A stretch of 62,253 nucleotides of DNA, the filler included, from Choristocarpus tenellus KU-1152 (taxonomy: Eukaryota; Protista; Phaeophyceae), in NCBI GenBank assembly GCA_964200185.2. It is 10 parts of 10 records of this genome, joined end to end, with 100 filler letters (N's around TTAATTAATTAA, not from the genome) between each part and the next. Parts side by side here need not be neighbours in the genome. Positions count along the whole stretch, not along the records: positions 32,790 to 44,266 come from CAXNAD020002294.1; positions 44,367 to 48,856 come from CAXNAD020014323.1; positions 48,957 to 59,437 come from CAXNAD020002903.1; 7 more parts are not named here. The stretch is one strand, 5' to 3'. This document shows, piece by piece, positions 37,329 to 50,180 of this stretch. The notes under the pieces were generated by a model. That model saw only the letters and a list, made by a program, of their open reading frames with translations, was not told where the DNA came from and did not search any database. Every line of letters starts with the position of its first letter. The first letter of the stretch is position 1. The position numbers and the translations under genes were made by a program.

Positions 37329-39918
37329 TGCTGACCGCACTTCCATTGCCAACTAGTGTAAATAGGACAAGTTTTAGTGCAAAAGCATGCTAGAGGGGGA
37401 TGGATTTTGAGCGTTTTCTTGTCAAGGGGCATATATATTTGCTGTCTGATAACCCATTTTCATGGCCCCAATTCAGGTAGCCCCCATCAGGACTCTATGG
37501 ATGTGTAAGAAAAGACTCTTGTGGACGAAACGTTTTTCATCAGATCGGAGGATATGTATGTAACGATTGATTTTTTGAAGACAAGTCACTGAGACGACCT
37601 TTAAAAACAATTGCAGCCCCCTCTTGGAAGGCTTGTTTCGAAATCCCGACCATTCCTGTATTAGTGAAGAGGTGGGCAATAAGAAAGTGATGAGGGAACT
37701 CAAGTCTTCCTGATCACACAAACATGTACTAGTAAATATAGATATCTATGTTTGATGCTATTCTGGTGCTCAGTTAGAGTTTGCATGTGTAGTCTGCAGT
37801 GTATGTATAGTATTGTTGCTGGCAGCATTGCATGTCAGTTATCACTAACTGACGAGTGCTGGCTGGGGAAATTGGTTGAAGACCACCAGGTAGGTACGAC
37901 GTGTTGTGTCCACTTTGGTCTCGCTCTGCATTCACCCTGACACACCAGGTAACCTGATAGCTTGAAACAAATACGCAATTGGCAGTGAAGTCATTACAGT
38001 CCTGATTAGTTCAACTTTCCAAGTAGTACCAAAAACAGGGATGTATTAAGAGAATGTGGAAATATTTTTTCAAGTATCCCAAGTCCCACTCAAGGGACCA
38101 AAAGTGAGCTTCTCAGATGATAACCAGTGCTTCATCAATGTGCCTTCAGTTATGTCACATATGCATGCAGATTGATGTGCGCCTTGCCTCCTGAGGGTGG
38201 GTGTCTTCCTTTGCAGTGTGAGATTATTGTTGGCGGAAAGGAGTTCACTGACAAAGAATGTCATCCTTGTCCTAGTCTACATATTGGACTATTAATTCTA
38301 ATTAAGTTACGGAAAATGGTACGTTTTTGACACGTTACAGATAGGAGTCGATAATTCGAGCTCTCTTTTATTTAGACACATACTTACTCATTGGGAGGTT
38401 TCACTTACTGTGAAATTTAATTATACTGATTCGATCGAATCATTACAGTTCCCAAATACACCAAGTCTACCCCAACAAATTTTTATTATGGATACTGGTG
38501 ATCAACCAAGAATATTCTTTGAAGAAGAGCACACGTAAAATTCAACCCAGACTTCAGAATTTTGAAAAAAGAGGATACTCTTGAGTATTCAAAATTCTAA
38601 ACAAATTTGCCGACACATACTGTGGGATTTCAACTATTGGAGATTGTCCTTCTCTTCTAACAATATTCCGAACTGATAGTGAGGAGTGTTTTGTTGTGAT
38701 GCATGGGTCCTTTTCTTCCTGACTTGCACCCTATGAAGGATACTGTTGTCTTATAACTATACTATCAAAACATTAAGTGTCCACCGACATATTACATGTG
38801 TATCAAGGGGGAACAGGCAAAACACAATGGAGTCGAACAGTGTGCTAAAAAGCTTTCATTTCTTCAGTTATCTGCCATATATGATGTAACTACCTACCTG
38901 CAATCAATTCGAAATTTCACAGGGATACATTGGTAGTAGATCTTCTTGGACAGAATGAATACTAAAACTGCATTGGAGAAAGAAACACTTGAAATAGAAA
39001 TATCTTGCCAATACAACACACAATACCACACACTGCGATGACTATGGTGGTCTTATTATTTAGAGACATCATCAACTGATCAGTTGCATTCTAATATATA
39101 TATATATATATACATGTGTGTGTGTGAATATATGTTTCATGAAGGACGTATCCCATCCCATCTCCAGGAGGAGATGAGAGGTAGGAGAGTACCTTCGGAG
39201 ATACTGTCAGTCTCACACATCACGGGCAGGAAGAGGCAGGGTACTACTGCCTCTCCGTAAAAGGCTTTGTGCCTCATATTGAAGGGAAACGTTGTTCAAA
39301 GTAGGCAACAAATATACTGGGAAATGGGAGCCATGTAGGCACACAAAAGCACAATCTGAAAAAGGAGTTTTCCAATATTAAAAAGGAAGACCTTTCTGTG
39401 CTAAGGATTGCAGGTAGATGTCCCCATTTGGACAAATGAAAAGAGGGCAAGTTCCTCTGACAGTCCCCTTTGCTCCTTTCAGCCCATAACGAGTTTGTGA
39501 GCATTGCTTCAGGGTGCTCCCATATAGTAATCACAAAAATATGTCTCCCTCCCCCTTGCCCCTGTGTCTCATCAGTAGTTGCGAATCTACCTATGTGCCC
39601 GGAGGATTTGAAAGCAGTGCATTTTCCTCCACGAGGCTGGGTATAACCAGGACACCCCTTCACCCCCTACACCTCACCATTGCCTGAAGCATCGCACCAC
39701 TTCTCGGTATCATTACGTGACATGGGGCTTGAGTAAATGCAACAGTGGCACACGACCCTCCTATTTAAGAGGGAAACACTGAAAATTGCCCCCAAAACCT
39801 AAAATTTGTGATAGTTTGGACTTGATGGCAGAAACAACAGTAGGAGTTTACGTCCTCCATTCTCGAGGAACATAGATGAGAAAATAACCTTCTTGGCAGG
39901 GGCAAAGTTCCAAGGCCA

Positions 39919-41748
39919 TTAGTGTTCCTTCATCTTATAGCGGAGACCACAGTAGATGCATGCTACTGGGTCATTGTCTGTCCTGCGGAGTTTGATGTAC
40001 TCCAAGGGGTGACCCAGAGCACCACCACCTGTGAGGTAGTGAGGTAATGATCAGTCATGAAATCAAACCCTTGTTTGATATACAGTAGTAAATCAAAACA
40101 TTGACAACATTACTGTAAAAATAGATTTTAAAAAAATGGTGAGGGTCAAATTTAACCAAGGAGGGGGTCTTGTTGAATTTCAAGGGGACCTTTGACTTTC
40201 TGGTGATATGTTTTCTTAGACTGCAGTAGCCTGATGTGGAGTGTAACAATATGGGTATTTTGTGATTACACTTGGTTAGCAGAAGCAAGAAATTTTTATT
40301 GACATCATTTTTCAAATGTCTTGATCTTCCTTAAAACAATTTTGAAAAAAACGCCTTTTAAGTCTCAAATTGACCAAACCTCCCCCCCCCCCACCTTGGT
40401 TACTCTGAAGTATATTATTGTACATTAAGCAATATTTGATAACGCCAACTGAAGTTGGATGCCCCCAGCAGCAGGAATCACAGGAGAGAGTAGGTTGGGC
40501 AGAGGTTGGATCAGGGAAAGAGTATAGAGTACTACTCAAGGGTTATGACTTGTACCTTAGTCGGCTGTAGAGTGATAACTGTGTATGTAGTAGTTGAGAA
40601 GCATCACATTGTCCCATGAATCGATCAGAGACTTCTTCGGTCCACATTACACGAATACATAAAATAGTTAAAAATTTGTGTACACTTTTCAGAACAATAA
40701 CTGGCGCGAGGTCAACACATTGAGAGTGGTGGGCGGGCTAGTATTCCTCTCGGAGAGATAGTCTAAAGTGAGATTTCAAATTGGTTCTTGGATACCCCAG
40801 GTCGTAATACTGGCATGTTGAGAAACACTTCATTTTGAGGTGCAAGGCACTATGTTGAATGAGAGACCTCAACATTCGAAATTCCATGCGCTACTTCCAA
40901 TTAACTACACTAATGTCATCTAACCACTCAGAAACCAAGTGGTTGGATCTCAAGGCCTACAAGCACCACAAGCCAGTGTGAACCCAGGAGTGAATAAAGT
41001 GGTGGCAATTGACCTTGTGCAGCCAGCCAAAAGCGCATTGATGTGTAAACATGCGTTTACTTAAGAAAAACAAAAATATGGTCGAGTCTGCATCATGGAA
41101 TCGCCTCCAAGGGACGCGATAGGACCGGTATAGTTTTCGTATCATCCAAGAAGTTTGCTTCAGGGCCCCACATATCTTTCTTCCACAAAGAAAAAAACGT
41201 GTTGAGACAAGAAAATACCTTAGCTCACTTGTGACTTGCATAATACATTCCTGGTGCAAACCGTTTTGGGAAGGACTGAGAGTACGCTCAGCAAAAGTAA
41301 ACGGCTCATTCTAGTCCTTGTCTGTGCACGAAACTCCCCTTCATAGGAGATTAAAATTCCTCTATTGAACATTAAATATGAGGACCCGTAGCTTTTGCAC
41401 TTGAAGTGACAAAAAGGACTCGTTACAGGGCCATAGTGTGTACCTGAATAACCCCTCCCTCCTAACAGTATATGATCACCCCTGCCAAATAGAGTATTGT
41501 CACTTACCTCCGTCACATAATGCCACCTCCCCGTCAACTTCTATTACTGGAAACTTGGCAATGAGCTCCTCTGCGTCGCTGCGGTGTACCCCATGCTCGT
41601 ACGGTGAAGGGGTCTTTTCCAGTGAAGGTAAGTTTTGGCTATAGGCCAGGGCTGGGATCGTTGCCAGCGCCAAGTGGGCCCGTGGGGCAAGTGCGGTCGC
41701 CCGTTTGGCTCCCAATACGATGCCTTTCGCGAATTGTCGGCCTAGCAT
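39919..41748 (-). CDS. NDUFS6: Complex I subunit NDUFS6 (zf-CHCC), complete, 2 exons
   Basis: Exon 41748-41508 (mitochondrial presequence...AEELIAKFPVIEVDGEVALCDG) plus exon 40028-39919 (GGGALGHPLEYIKL...PVACIYCGLRYKMKEH*). Confidence 0.94.
40153..40402. mobile_element. Possible MITE in the NDUFS6 intron
   Basis: Inverted ends TAACCAAGGAGGGGG and CCCCCACCTTGGTTA about 250 bp apart. Confidence 0.4.
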
Positions 41749-42103
41749 ACTTGTAAATATCCCTAGAGAGAGTAGTGGTCAATTGACACAACATCCTAAT
41801 CATTGTCTTATTGCGGGGAGTTCATATATTGTTCGAGGCGAGGAGAAAATAGAGGTTCTTGATGAAGCCTGCCAGAAGGACGGTAAAACGGCGAGACTCT
41901 TGTGTCCTGCCAACACCACAACTGACCTCGAAGGGGCATAGCAGCTGAAAATTGAAACTGTGCTTTCCTTGACTTATATTGACGAGCTTGTGATAGTCGC
42001 TCCTGGTCGTTGTTACGTAGTGGTGAAGGTTTTTGTTTTGAGAGGAGAGTCTGTACGAAATAGTCGGTAGTGCTTCATCCTTTTTCGGTGCAAGGCCGAC
42101 AGC

Positions 42104-42349
42104 ATGATTCAGCTGGGATATGCCCTGCTATATGCGATGGTCCTGGGCATTGGTGCTAATGCATTCATCCCACCGGCAGGTGTGTTTTGTGTTTAAAGTC
42201 ACGAGATATTCCATATCCCATCTTGACGTACCACGATGTCATGCGATCTCTTTTTTGCTCCCCCCCCCCCCCTTTGCCGTCAGGAGGAGTTCGTCGTTCC
42301 TTCTTGACGACTATCAGCGAAAAACGGGGTTCACCTGCACCATACCGAT
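42104..42349 (+). CDS. First two exons of a probable plastid-targeted protein (bipartite presequence); mature product unknown
   Basis: Exons 42104-42179 and 42284-42349 give MIQLGYALLYAMVLGIGANA-FIPPAGGVRRSFLTTISEKRGSPAPYR: a signal peptide, ASAFAP-like cleavage (ANA/F) and an R/S/T-rich transit peptide. Confidence 0.65.
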
Positions 42350-44879
42350 GTGAGTGAGCCTAGATAGCAAGTCCCATTCCTCGCTGACTCCTTCGTGTGG
42401 GAGTTGACTGCCCTCCTCATTTGGACTAGCATCCGATTAGCCTCCCCACGCTCGGAGTCCGCAATCACCCGGTGTCCAATTGCTTGTCAGATGACTTGCA
42501 CTGTGATTATCTAAAATTTCTCTCGGCTTGAGGCTGTATTGCTTGGTATTGTTCGTGGAAACTTTTGTTGATCAGCTTACTGTGACGTTACCATACACCT
42601 TCACCACATCCGCCGAGTTCGCTGTCAGTGGGGCACGACGATGTGCGCTCATCTCCCGCAGTACGTGCACTCACCTTGGCTCAAGTTCACGCTCATATTC
42701 CCCCTTACCTTGTTCCTCGTGTTCTCAGTTCGAAAGTGGCCCCGGCGCCTTGCCCCAGAATTCAAGGAAAATTGCATGTGCACTCTATACCAGCATGCAC
42801 ACTACCATTACTGGACAGTTATCATTGTTGCATAGGAAGACTTGAAATGCCACCTCTCCAAAGTCATGGAAAACCCTCCCCTAACCTCAGTCACTAATCA
42901 AGCGCAACCCTTTCCCCAAACATTACATGATACCTTAACCGTAACACGGTCCTATTACAAACTCAACCCTAACCCTAGTCCATCTTCGCACATCACCATA
43001 AAATTACGTACGTGCGTGCGTGTATGTGTGCCTTGCTAATGTTTGCTGTTTTGCTCTGTGATCCGATACACTCTGGATGTTAACTATTTGCCGTGTTGTA
43101 TGGTACCTTGGTGATCCGTATGCGACCAATATTCTACCTTGATTCAACGACTGCTGGCAGCATCTAGGACAGGAATACAAATGAAGGTAAAATATTGCGT
43201 GAAATCTGATGTCTTTTTCCACGATACTGCAAGACTACCTCCGTTCTGTATATTGGTGGCATGGGTGCTTAGGTGGTATTGAAGTTTATATGATACGTTG
43301 TAATTCACGTGAGGGATTGGTTACCTTGTTAGAGTAGTCCTTTCTTGAACGATACTTATTGGGATGTTACTTATTGTCATGGAACACACTGAAAATCTAG
43401 TATGCCACATGCCAATATGTTGGCTTGGTTTCTGGTTTGATTTAGGAGCTGTGTCACTGCTTACATAGGTGTGATTCCTCCCTATATGTCATGCATCTCA
43501 CAGAGGTTGTCTTTCAACTGTTTGACAACAGCTACCTCTCCCAGACATGAAGGCTATCATGACCCTCCATGCTCCGGCTAAGAAAGAATGGTGTGCAAGT
43601 CCACCTCGTGCCTGTTGTAACACCGTGTGCCAAAATCTATTGTAGACATGGTGCTGTGGTTTGCAATCAGAAAGCTACCTGATGATGGATCTTTCATCTC
43701 CTTCCTGTGTTGGCTGTGCCATCTCCCACTTGGGCTTGCACATGGTAAACAGGCACTTGTGTGGAGTTTTTATTTTAATGGCTGTTTTATTCCTTTTTTT
43801 CCTCCAGAAAAAAAGTTTTGCCTGTTGCCACTGTAAGGTGTACCTTTGGAAAAGATAGTTTCTGGAGGCGTGCATGGAACTGAAGGTTGTCATGCTTGGT
43901 GCTGAACTGAAGGACCCCCACTTTCCCCTCTTACCCTCCATCCACATCTGTGCACGCCTTCCAATTGTTGTTGTCCTGTCACTTGATTTATTTTGTGTAC
44001 GACCCACTTCTTCAGCTGAACATTGGACAAGGATCGTACGCTGCATTGGTAACTCCCTTCAAAACAGGGGGTGGAGAGGTGAACTGTACCTCTTTTTGTC
44101 ACTATCCGTCAATAAGTGGGCTACGCAATTTCGTTGGAAATTTTGAGATACTGGCTAACTTGAGCATTCAAAGTGTTGTACTTCCATTTTATTTAGGTTG
44201 CTCTTTCCTTTTTTGTTGTTAGAAGTATAGGCAGCTTCCCCCCCCTTCCCCCCCCCCCCCCCTTCCNNNNNNNNNNNNNNNNNNNNNNNNNNNNNNNNNN
44301 NNNNNNNNNNTTAATTAATTAANNNNNNNNNNNNNNNNNNNNNNNNNNNNNNNNNNNNNNNNNNNNGGGTGAAAAACGGACGCCGACACCCCCCCTCAGA
44401 TACTTTGACTCGTTAATCAACGGTGTATGGGAGTGTTGATGGTGTCTCTGCGTAATGTGACGTGTCCAGGGGTCGTGATGCTCTGTCAGTTGACCTGGCT
44501 CCGGTAGATGGACTTGTCAACGACTGAGCTGGGGACCTGTTGAGAGTTGCCTCCCCCGCTCGGTGACGTTCCACCTCCGTACGGAGCCGTTGACATTCTC
44601 GTTGTAACTGTACAGTTTCTGCTCTAGGAACCTGTCCACGACAAGGGTTATGGGCCACAGCACTAGTATAAGTTGTTGGGGTGGAATTATTACCAGACAG
44701 ATTGTTGGCTTCATGCCGTTTGGCACGGTCACGAGCCTGGGTAAACGTGGTGGCAGGTTATTCCCGAATCTACTCAAGACGAATCGTAGGGAGTAAGCCA
44801 TCTTATATCAGGGTTATGTTTAGTTGCTCGACAAGTAAAGTTGTTTGTGTGGACCGAATCTGAGGACGGTTTTGTACAA

Positions 44880-45230
44880 CGATCATCTTCTAAAAAACGA
44901 TTCATTACTGTTATGCAACGTAAAGAATAGTTCTCTTTGCATATTCTCTCCTTGTTTCAAGGGTGTTACTCTACGGGCTGGTACACTTACAGCATGGGCG
45001 GGAGTGAATGCATTGATCAAGGCTTTCTGTACATCATCTCATGTCTTTGGCGGTGTCATGGGGACAGGGGTGTCAAGGGATGATTGTAATCGAGCCAAAC
45101 CACTTGTTGAATGCCATTCTATCGTACCAGCTAATGCCTGAAAGTAGAATATTTCAGTGGGTCCTTGAAGAATTTTTGGTAAAAATTCTACACAATGAGC
45201 ATCAACTGTTGCAGGGGATGCTGGACCTTA
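44880..45230 (-). mobile_element. Degenerate retrotransposon gag-like remnant
   Basis: PPKT*DDVQKALINAFTPAHAV...LKQGEN resembles the Gag W......F......L.Q pattern; contains stops. Confidence 0.4.
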
Positions 45231-47914
45231 CTGACTAAAATGCAGTGATATTGCCACACGCCATTTAGAGAACAAAAGTGGCAAAACTTCTTCGCCAGAA
45301 CCTGTAATTGTCAGACCAGACGGGATTTCCGAAGTGGAAAACCTGAAACGACTCCTTTCTGACAGTGGTTCTGGGTGTGTGATGTCGCTATTCTGTTCAA
45401 TGAACCTTACATGATCGATGCCCGTTCCCGAACTTGCAGCTTTAGTTGGTCCTGAAGCCATTCAGGAGGCACAGTGTTTGTTCTTGCGCACTCATTGACG
45501 TGGTGTGCAATGAACGCTGGTACAGCATCACCGAACTTGGCCTGTGAAATGGCCACCTCACAAGTAGTGGGACTTGGAGGTGGGACAAGTTCTTCCTGTT
45601 AGAGGACCTGACGAGTGTCACAGTCGCCCGAGCTAACACGATGCTCAAGGGTCGACAAAAGGGGTCTGGCATGAGCCTGACTATCTGTTGGGGTGAAAGG
45701 AGGGGAACCTCGTCTACGTTTAGCAAATTGCTATGTTACTAGACGAGCTAGATGCGAGACTAGACGAATCAGAGTCGATATTGGTTGAAGACTTCATGTC
45801 CTCTGTAGACTCGTGACCTTTGACCTCTTCCTCTGGTGTTCTGGATGGTTCCAGATGTGGGGTCAGGCGCTCCTGTGCACGACGTCTTCACCTCGATCTT
45901 GAATTTGGAATATTTCGTCCGTGGTCAAACAAAAAGTTCCCTGTCACCCTATTTCTGATGTCACCGGTGTCGCCAATGTGAATCTTGTGATTCAGTGGTG
46001 GCGTGGTTCACTCAGGCAAGGGTGGCGAAGAGAATCACCAAGCAAGACAGACCAGACGGACAAAGACGAACCGTAACCAAGAGTACAAGGTTAAGGTTGG
46101 ACAAGAACAAAACGAGGTGTGATGAGCATTTTCAGAGATAGGACTTTATCACCACAAGTCAAGGCGTGAGAATAAAGTGAATAATTCATGTGTGAAAACT
46201 CAGAATGACGAGCTGTCTCAAGTCTGTGGGATTGGTCTCGCGAACGGATTCCATGGTTTCATTCTGACGGAAGGTCTGCCAGTGGAAATCATGCATGCTT
46301 GACGAGGAACCTCAATTGGTACAACAGTATAACGGTATATGGCAATAACAGTATAACAACAGACAAACATGCTTTCCACACTATTGGCGATAAGAAAATG
46401 TACTACGAAAATCAGTTGCGCAAAATGAAATTCACTATCAAAAAGAAAAAATGTTAAAAACAAGAAACGCTACCCGAAGGTGACCACCAAATTTAAACCA
46501 TCTTCGACAACAGGGTTAGTGAGCGCCCTGTGACGAAAGAGCAGTCTGCTGTAGCCCGTGTTAGCTTCCTTCTATCTCGACCCTTCTCTGGACGTTCCTC
46601 ATTTGATTGAGCGATAGAGGTAGGCCTTTGTCCGAATAGTGTCTACTTCTATCGCTCGCCCTGTCTGTGGCTAAAGCAAGTGGGGGTCGAAGCAGGCTGG
46701 CTGGGGAACGGATGTGACTGGTCGAACGGGTTTTGATGCATTGCTTTTTGGAATGAACGAGGTCCGCATTTCACAGGAACCGAAGCAGTTTGTTTGTTTA
46801 AGGTAGCACAGACAGCGGGCGAGGAGTTCTGGGTTAAAACAGGTTGACGCATGAGTGAAGGTTGCCAGTACACTGTTGACAAACTCTTGGTGTGGCAACG
46901 AAGTTTGGCTTGATACCTCATCGTGCATGGACGTCCTGTTCTGGCGAGGTAGTCCTAGTTCCTGCCTAACGATCGGGGTTTCAGCTGAGGCAGCGAAAGG
47001 GTGTGACATGCTAGCAAACGTAACAAGCGCATCTCCCATGGTACTCAAACCATTGTGAGTCTTATCCTTAAACAAAATACTTTTGTAGCATTTTGGCTGG
47101 CTAAAACAAATGCGAATTGGTCACTTCGATTGGATAATTCCTCTATGAGATCATCAAACTTTGAGTTTTGCCCCGAGGGTCTTACCAAGAAGATAATCAT
47201 ATACATATTTATTTTATTACGCCCTTTGACATTTTGCAGATGTATCATATTCATATCGTTTTGGTCTAGAAATGGGAGATTTGATCAAATTTGAAAATGA
47301 CGCCAGAAATCGAAGGGACATATAAAACATTCCGGTAGTGAATTTCATTTTCCGCAAACGTGCTATTAGTGACTCAATAGGGAAAGTTTATGAAGTAATC
47401 TGAGTTTTGTGGGGAGAAGAATTCTGGTGGTAATGTGATACAGGGGAGGGAGAGGTGAGGAAGGAAAAAGAAAAAGTAGGCAAGAGGTGAACGAAGAGTA
47501 AGTACTGAGTGATTTCAGTGCTGGGAGTCGCCTCCTGCATCAACTTTGTTGTGCCGTAACTTTTGATCAACAACTAACATTTTCATGAAAATTTGTTTGT
47601 TGTAATCGCATCAGCATGCTTAACCTTATTTGATGGTCTTGGTTGGCCAACTTGCCATAATCGTGAGAATTATAGGACCATACTTAAATCAAGTAGTCCG
47701 CTCGTAAGATTCGCACAGGGGTGCCACGCGGCGCGCGTGAACCACCCAATTAATGATACTTTTGACGCCAGTAGAGGTCATCTTCATCCGGAGAACATGG
47801 GCGCTGTTGTCTCTCCGTTCTCTTTCCATTATTTCCTGTTTATGCGATGTTGTCACCTGCTGACTAAGGCTCACTCATGGGGGCCCAGACGTCTGCCAGA
47901 CAATCCATGCCAAG

Positions 47915-48260
47915 TCAAATGAGGCATTCTGAAGGTGCAGGCCTCCTGTGATACTTAAACGTCTTGCACACCCTGTCCAATTTGGTGCACTACGTTCCTT
48001 TCTCGTTGGAATATATCAGGTGGTAAGCAATGCTCAACCTGAAGAATCTCTCCACAATTACTCTGGACAGCCCCCCTTCCTCCTTGAGACTGACAGAAAT
48101 GTTGGCTCTCATTCCAGCCAACGTGTAGTAACAGTCGCCTTGTACATATAGTGCTTCGCCCGGCCCCAGACCATCTCTATCGGGTTCAATTCACAGTGGT
48201 ACTTTGGAACCATCAAGCAGTGTCCTCCAAGACGCTCAACCAGAATCGTGTCCTGTGAGT
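47915..48260 (-). mobile_element. IS630/Tc1-like (DDE_3) transposase C-terminal remnant
   Basis: GGHCLMVPKYHCELNPIEMVWGRAKHY, followed after a frameshift by ...VCKTFKYHRRPAPSECLI*. Confidence 0.75.
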
Positions 48261-48335
48261 GGCTTAAACAGTATTAAGCCGAGGTTAGCCCACGTACCGT
48301 TTTGGCGGTGACTAATCTTGATGGTTTTGAAACGT

Positions 48336-48556
48336 TTGACCAACGAGTTAATCGATGAGGGACAAAGTAATTCTTTCGGGAAAATAGTTTTGGTCGTAAT
48401 AATTAATTCCAGAACATTTCCAAGGTTGTGCCGAAAACATTCTGTTAAAATTTAACCTTACGAAAAAAATTCTGAAAAATTTCCTTTGTATCAGGCGATA
48501 GCTTAGATCTAGAGCTTTCATTTGATATGTCCATCGTCGTTTAACTCGTTGGTTAA
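48336..48556. mobile_element. piggyBac-type MITE (CC...GG termini, TTAA-like target)
   Basis: TTGA-CCAACGAGTTAATCGATGA ... TCGTCGTTTAACTCGTTGG-TTAA. Confidence 0.7.
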
Positions 48557-48784
48557 CTTTTTTTTACAAAAAAGAGATCAGTCTGATCCTAGAGGCGACT
48601 GCCCACACTATAGGAGACAGAAGGGGCAGGAGAGAAGTCAAAGAAGTGGTTGGTAGGTGGAGGCACAAGGTAAGAGGGAATGGTCAGCATGTAAAGAAAA
48701 CCGAGGGCTGGTGGTACAAGACGGGGAGAGGCTAGAACAAGACAACCTCCGAGCAAGCTTTTGTCGGAATGGATCAAGGCAGAA

Positions 48785-48856
48785 GCTCAAAGTATCTGGG
48801 GGGGGGGGGTGACGACTGTCCATTTGGGGTCAATTTTTTCATGTCGCAATTTTTGG
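48785..48856 (+). mobile_element. Poly-G MITE (family C) end at contig break
   Basis: GCTCAAAGTATCTG(G)nTGACGACTGTCCATTTGGGGTCAATTTTTTCATGTCGC, nearly identical to 59368-59437. Confidence 0.8.
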
Positions 48857-50180
48857 NNNNNNNNNNNNNNNNNNNNNNNNNNNNNNNNNNNNNNNNNNNN
48901 TTAATTAATTAANNNNNNNNNNNNNNNNNNNNNNNNNNNNNNNNNNNNNNNNNNNNTGAGAATATGATTGGAAGTATTATTTTATATACGCACAGAAGAT
49001 AATGCGGAACATTCGGGATATTTAGGCGGGGTATTTGATCGGAAGAAACCGACGGACTATTATAGTCAGAGTGTTTCTGACGGGAAATAGATTCAATGTT
49101 AGGATTGGTGAGCCCCACCTAGTGCAGGTATCTCACTCTCTTCTTAACTGTGGTACAAGTTAATAAACAATAATATAACCTGTTGTGTGGGACAACAGAT
49201 CGTCAAGGACAGCTTAACACAGAATCGAATTTCTTAAGGAGAGTCCTGGGTGATAGGATCTGCCAACAGGGATAAAAAAAATGAGTGCATGCACAGCACA
49301 AAACACCTAACCTGGAGTGTAGCGTAGATTTGCATCAGGCATAGGGCTAGGTACTATCATTGGAGATGATGCTGCGTAGTAGATTAGGTTACTTGTTAGG
49401 TATGTTTCTTGTAACATGGAGTATTAGTATCTTCAACGGTGTCAATGTGAAGTCTAACCTCAGAAAGAGTAGATTGGATAGAGACTCTAGATATCAAAAT
49501 ACTCCAGGATGGGACCGAAAATAAAAAGACGCAAAACAATTGTGATGTGACATGAACCATGGCATTCCGTACCCTTAAAGAGTCGTAGAATGTTTCTTAG
49601 ACAATATAATGGAAGAAAAAAATGACTAACAAAAGAGTAAACAGAGCACAAGCTTTGGTTCACAGTTCAGAAAAATGGTGTAAAGGTAGGTCCAAGATTG
49701 AAAGGTAAGATATTTCCTGTACGGCAGTCAGAAAGGCATCAGTCATGAATCTGGTGTTGTTTACTATACTCTTTAGTTCTACATACTTGTAGTAGAGATT
49801 AACAATGTTAGGATTGGTAATTGAGACATTCACTCCTACTATGCAATTGAAGGATAGCTATCTAACATGTAATTACGTCAAAGCTGAGCAGAAAATGCCT
49901 ATACAAAGGACATTCACAACCTTAGAAGATCAATTCTGTCTTGGATTATTGTATATGTTGGCCATTATTCAACTCTAGGGTACCCTCCCCATAATAGCAA
50001 CTAGCACATGATTATCAGCTCAAATTTTTCAGCACCAAGAGTTGGGTTAATCTATTCCACCACAGCCCTTCTCCCAAGCACTCGATCATGGGGAGGCATA
50101 CAAGGTCATTTGCGTGTCAAAGTCTTACTTTCTCCTGTGCCTCTTTTTCTGCATTGCAAATGCACACGCAACGCCTACAG

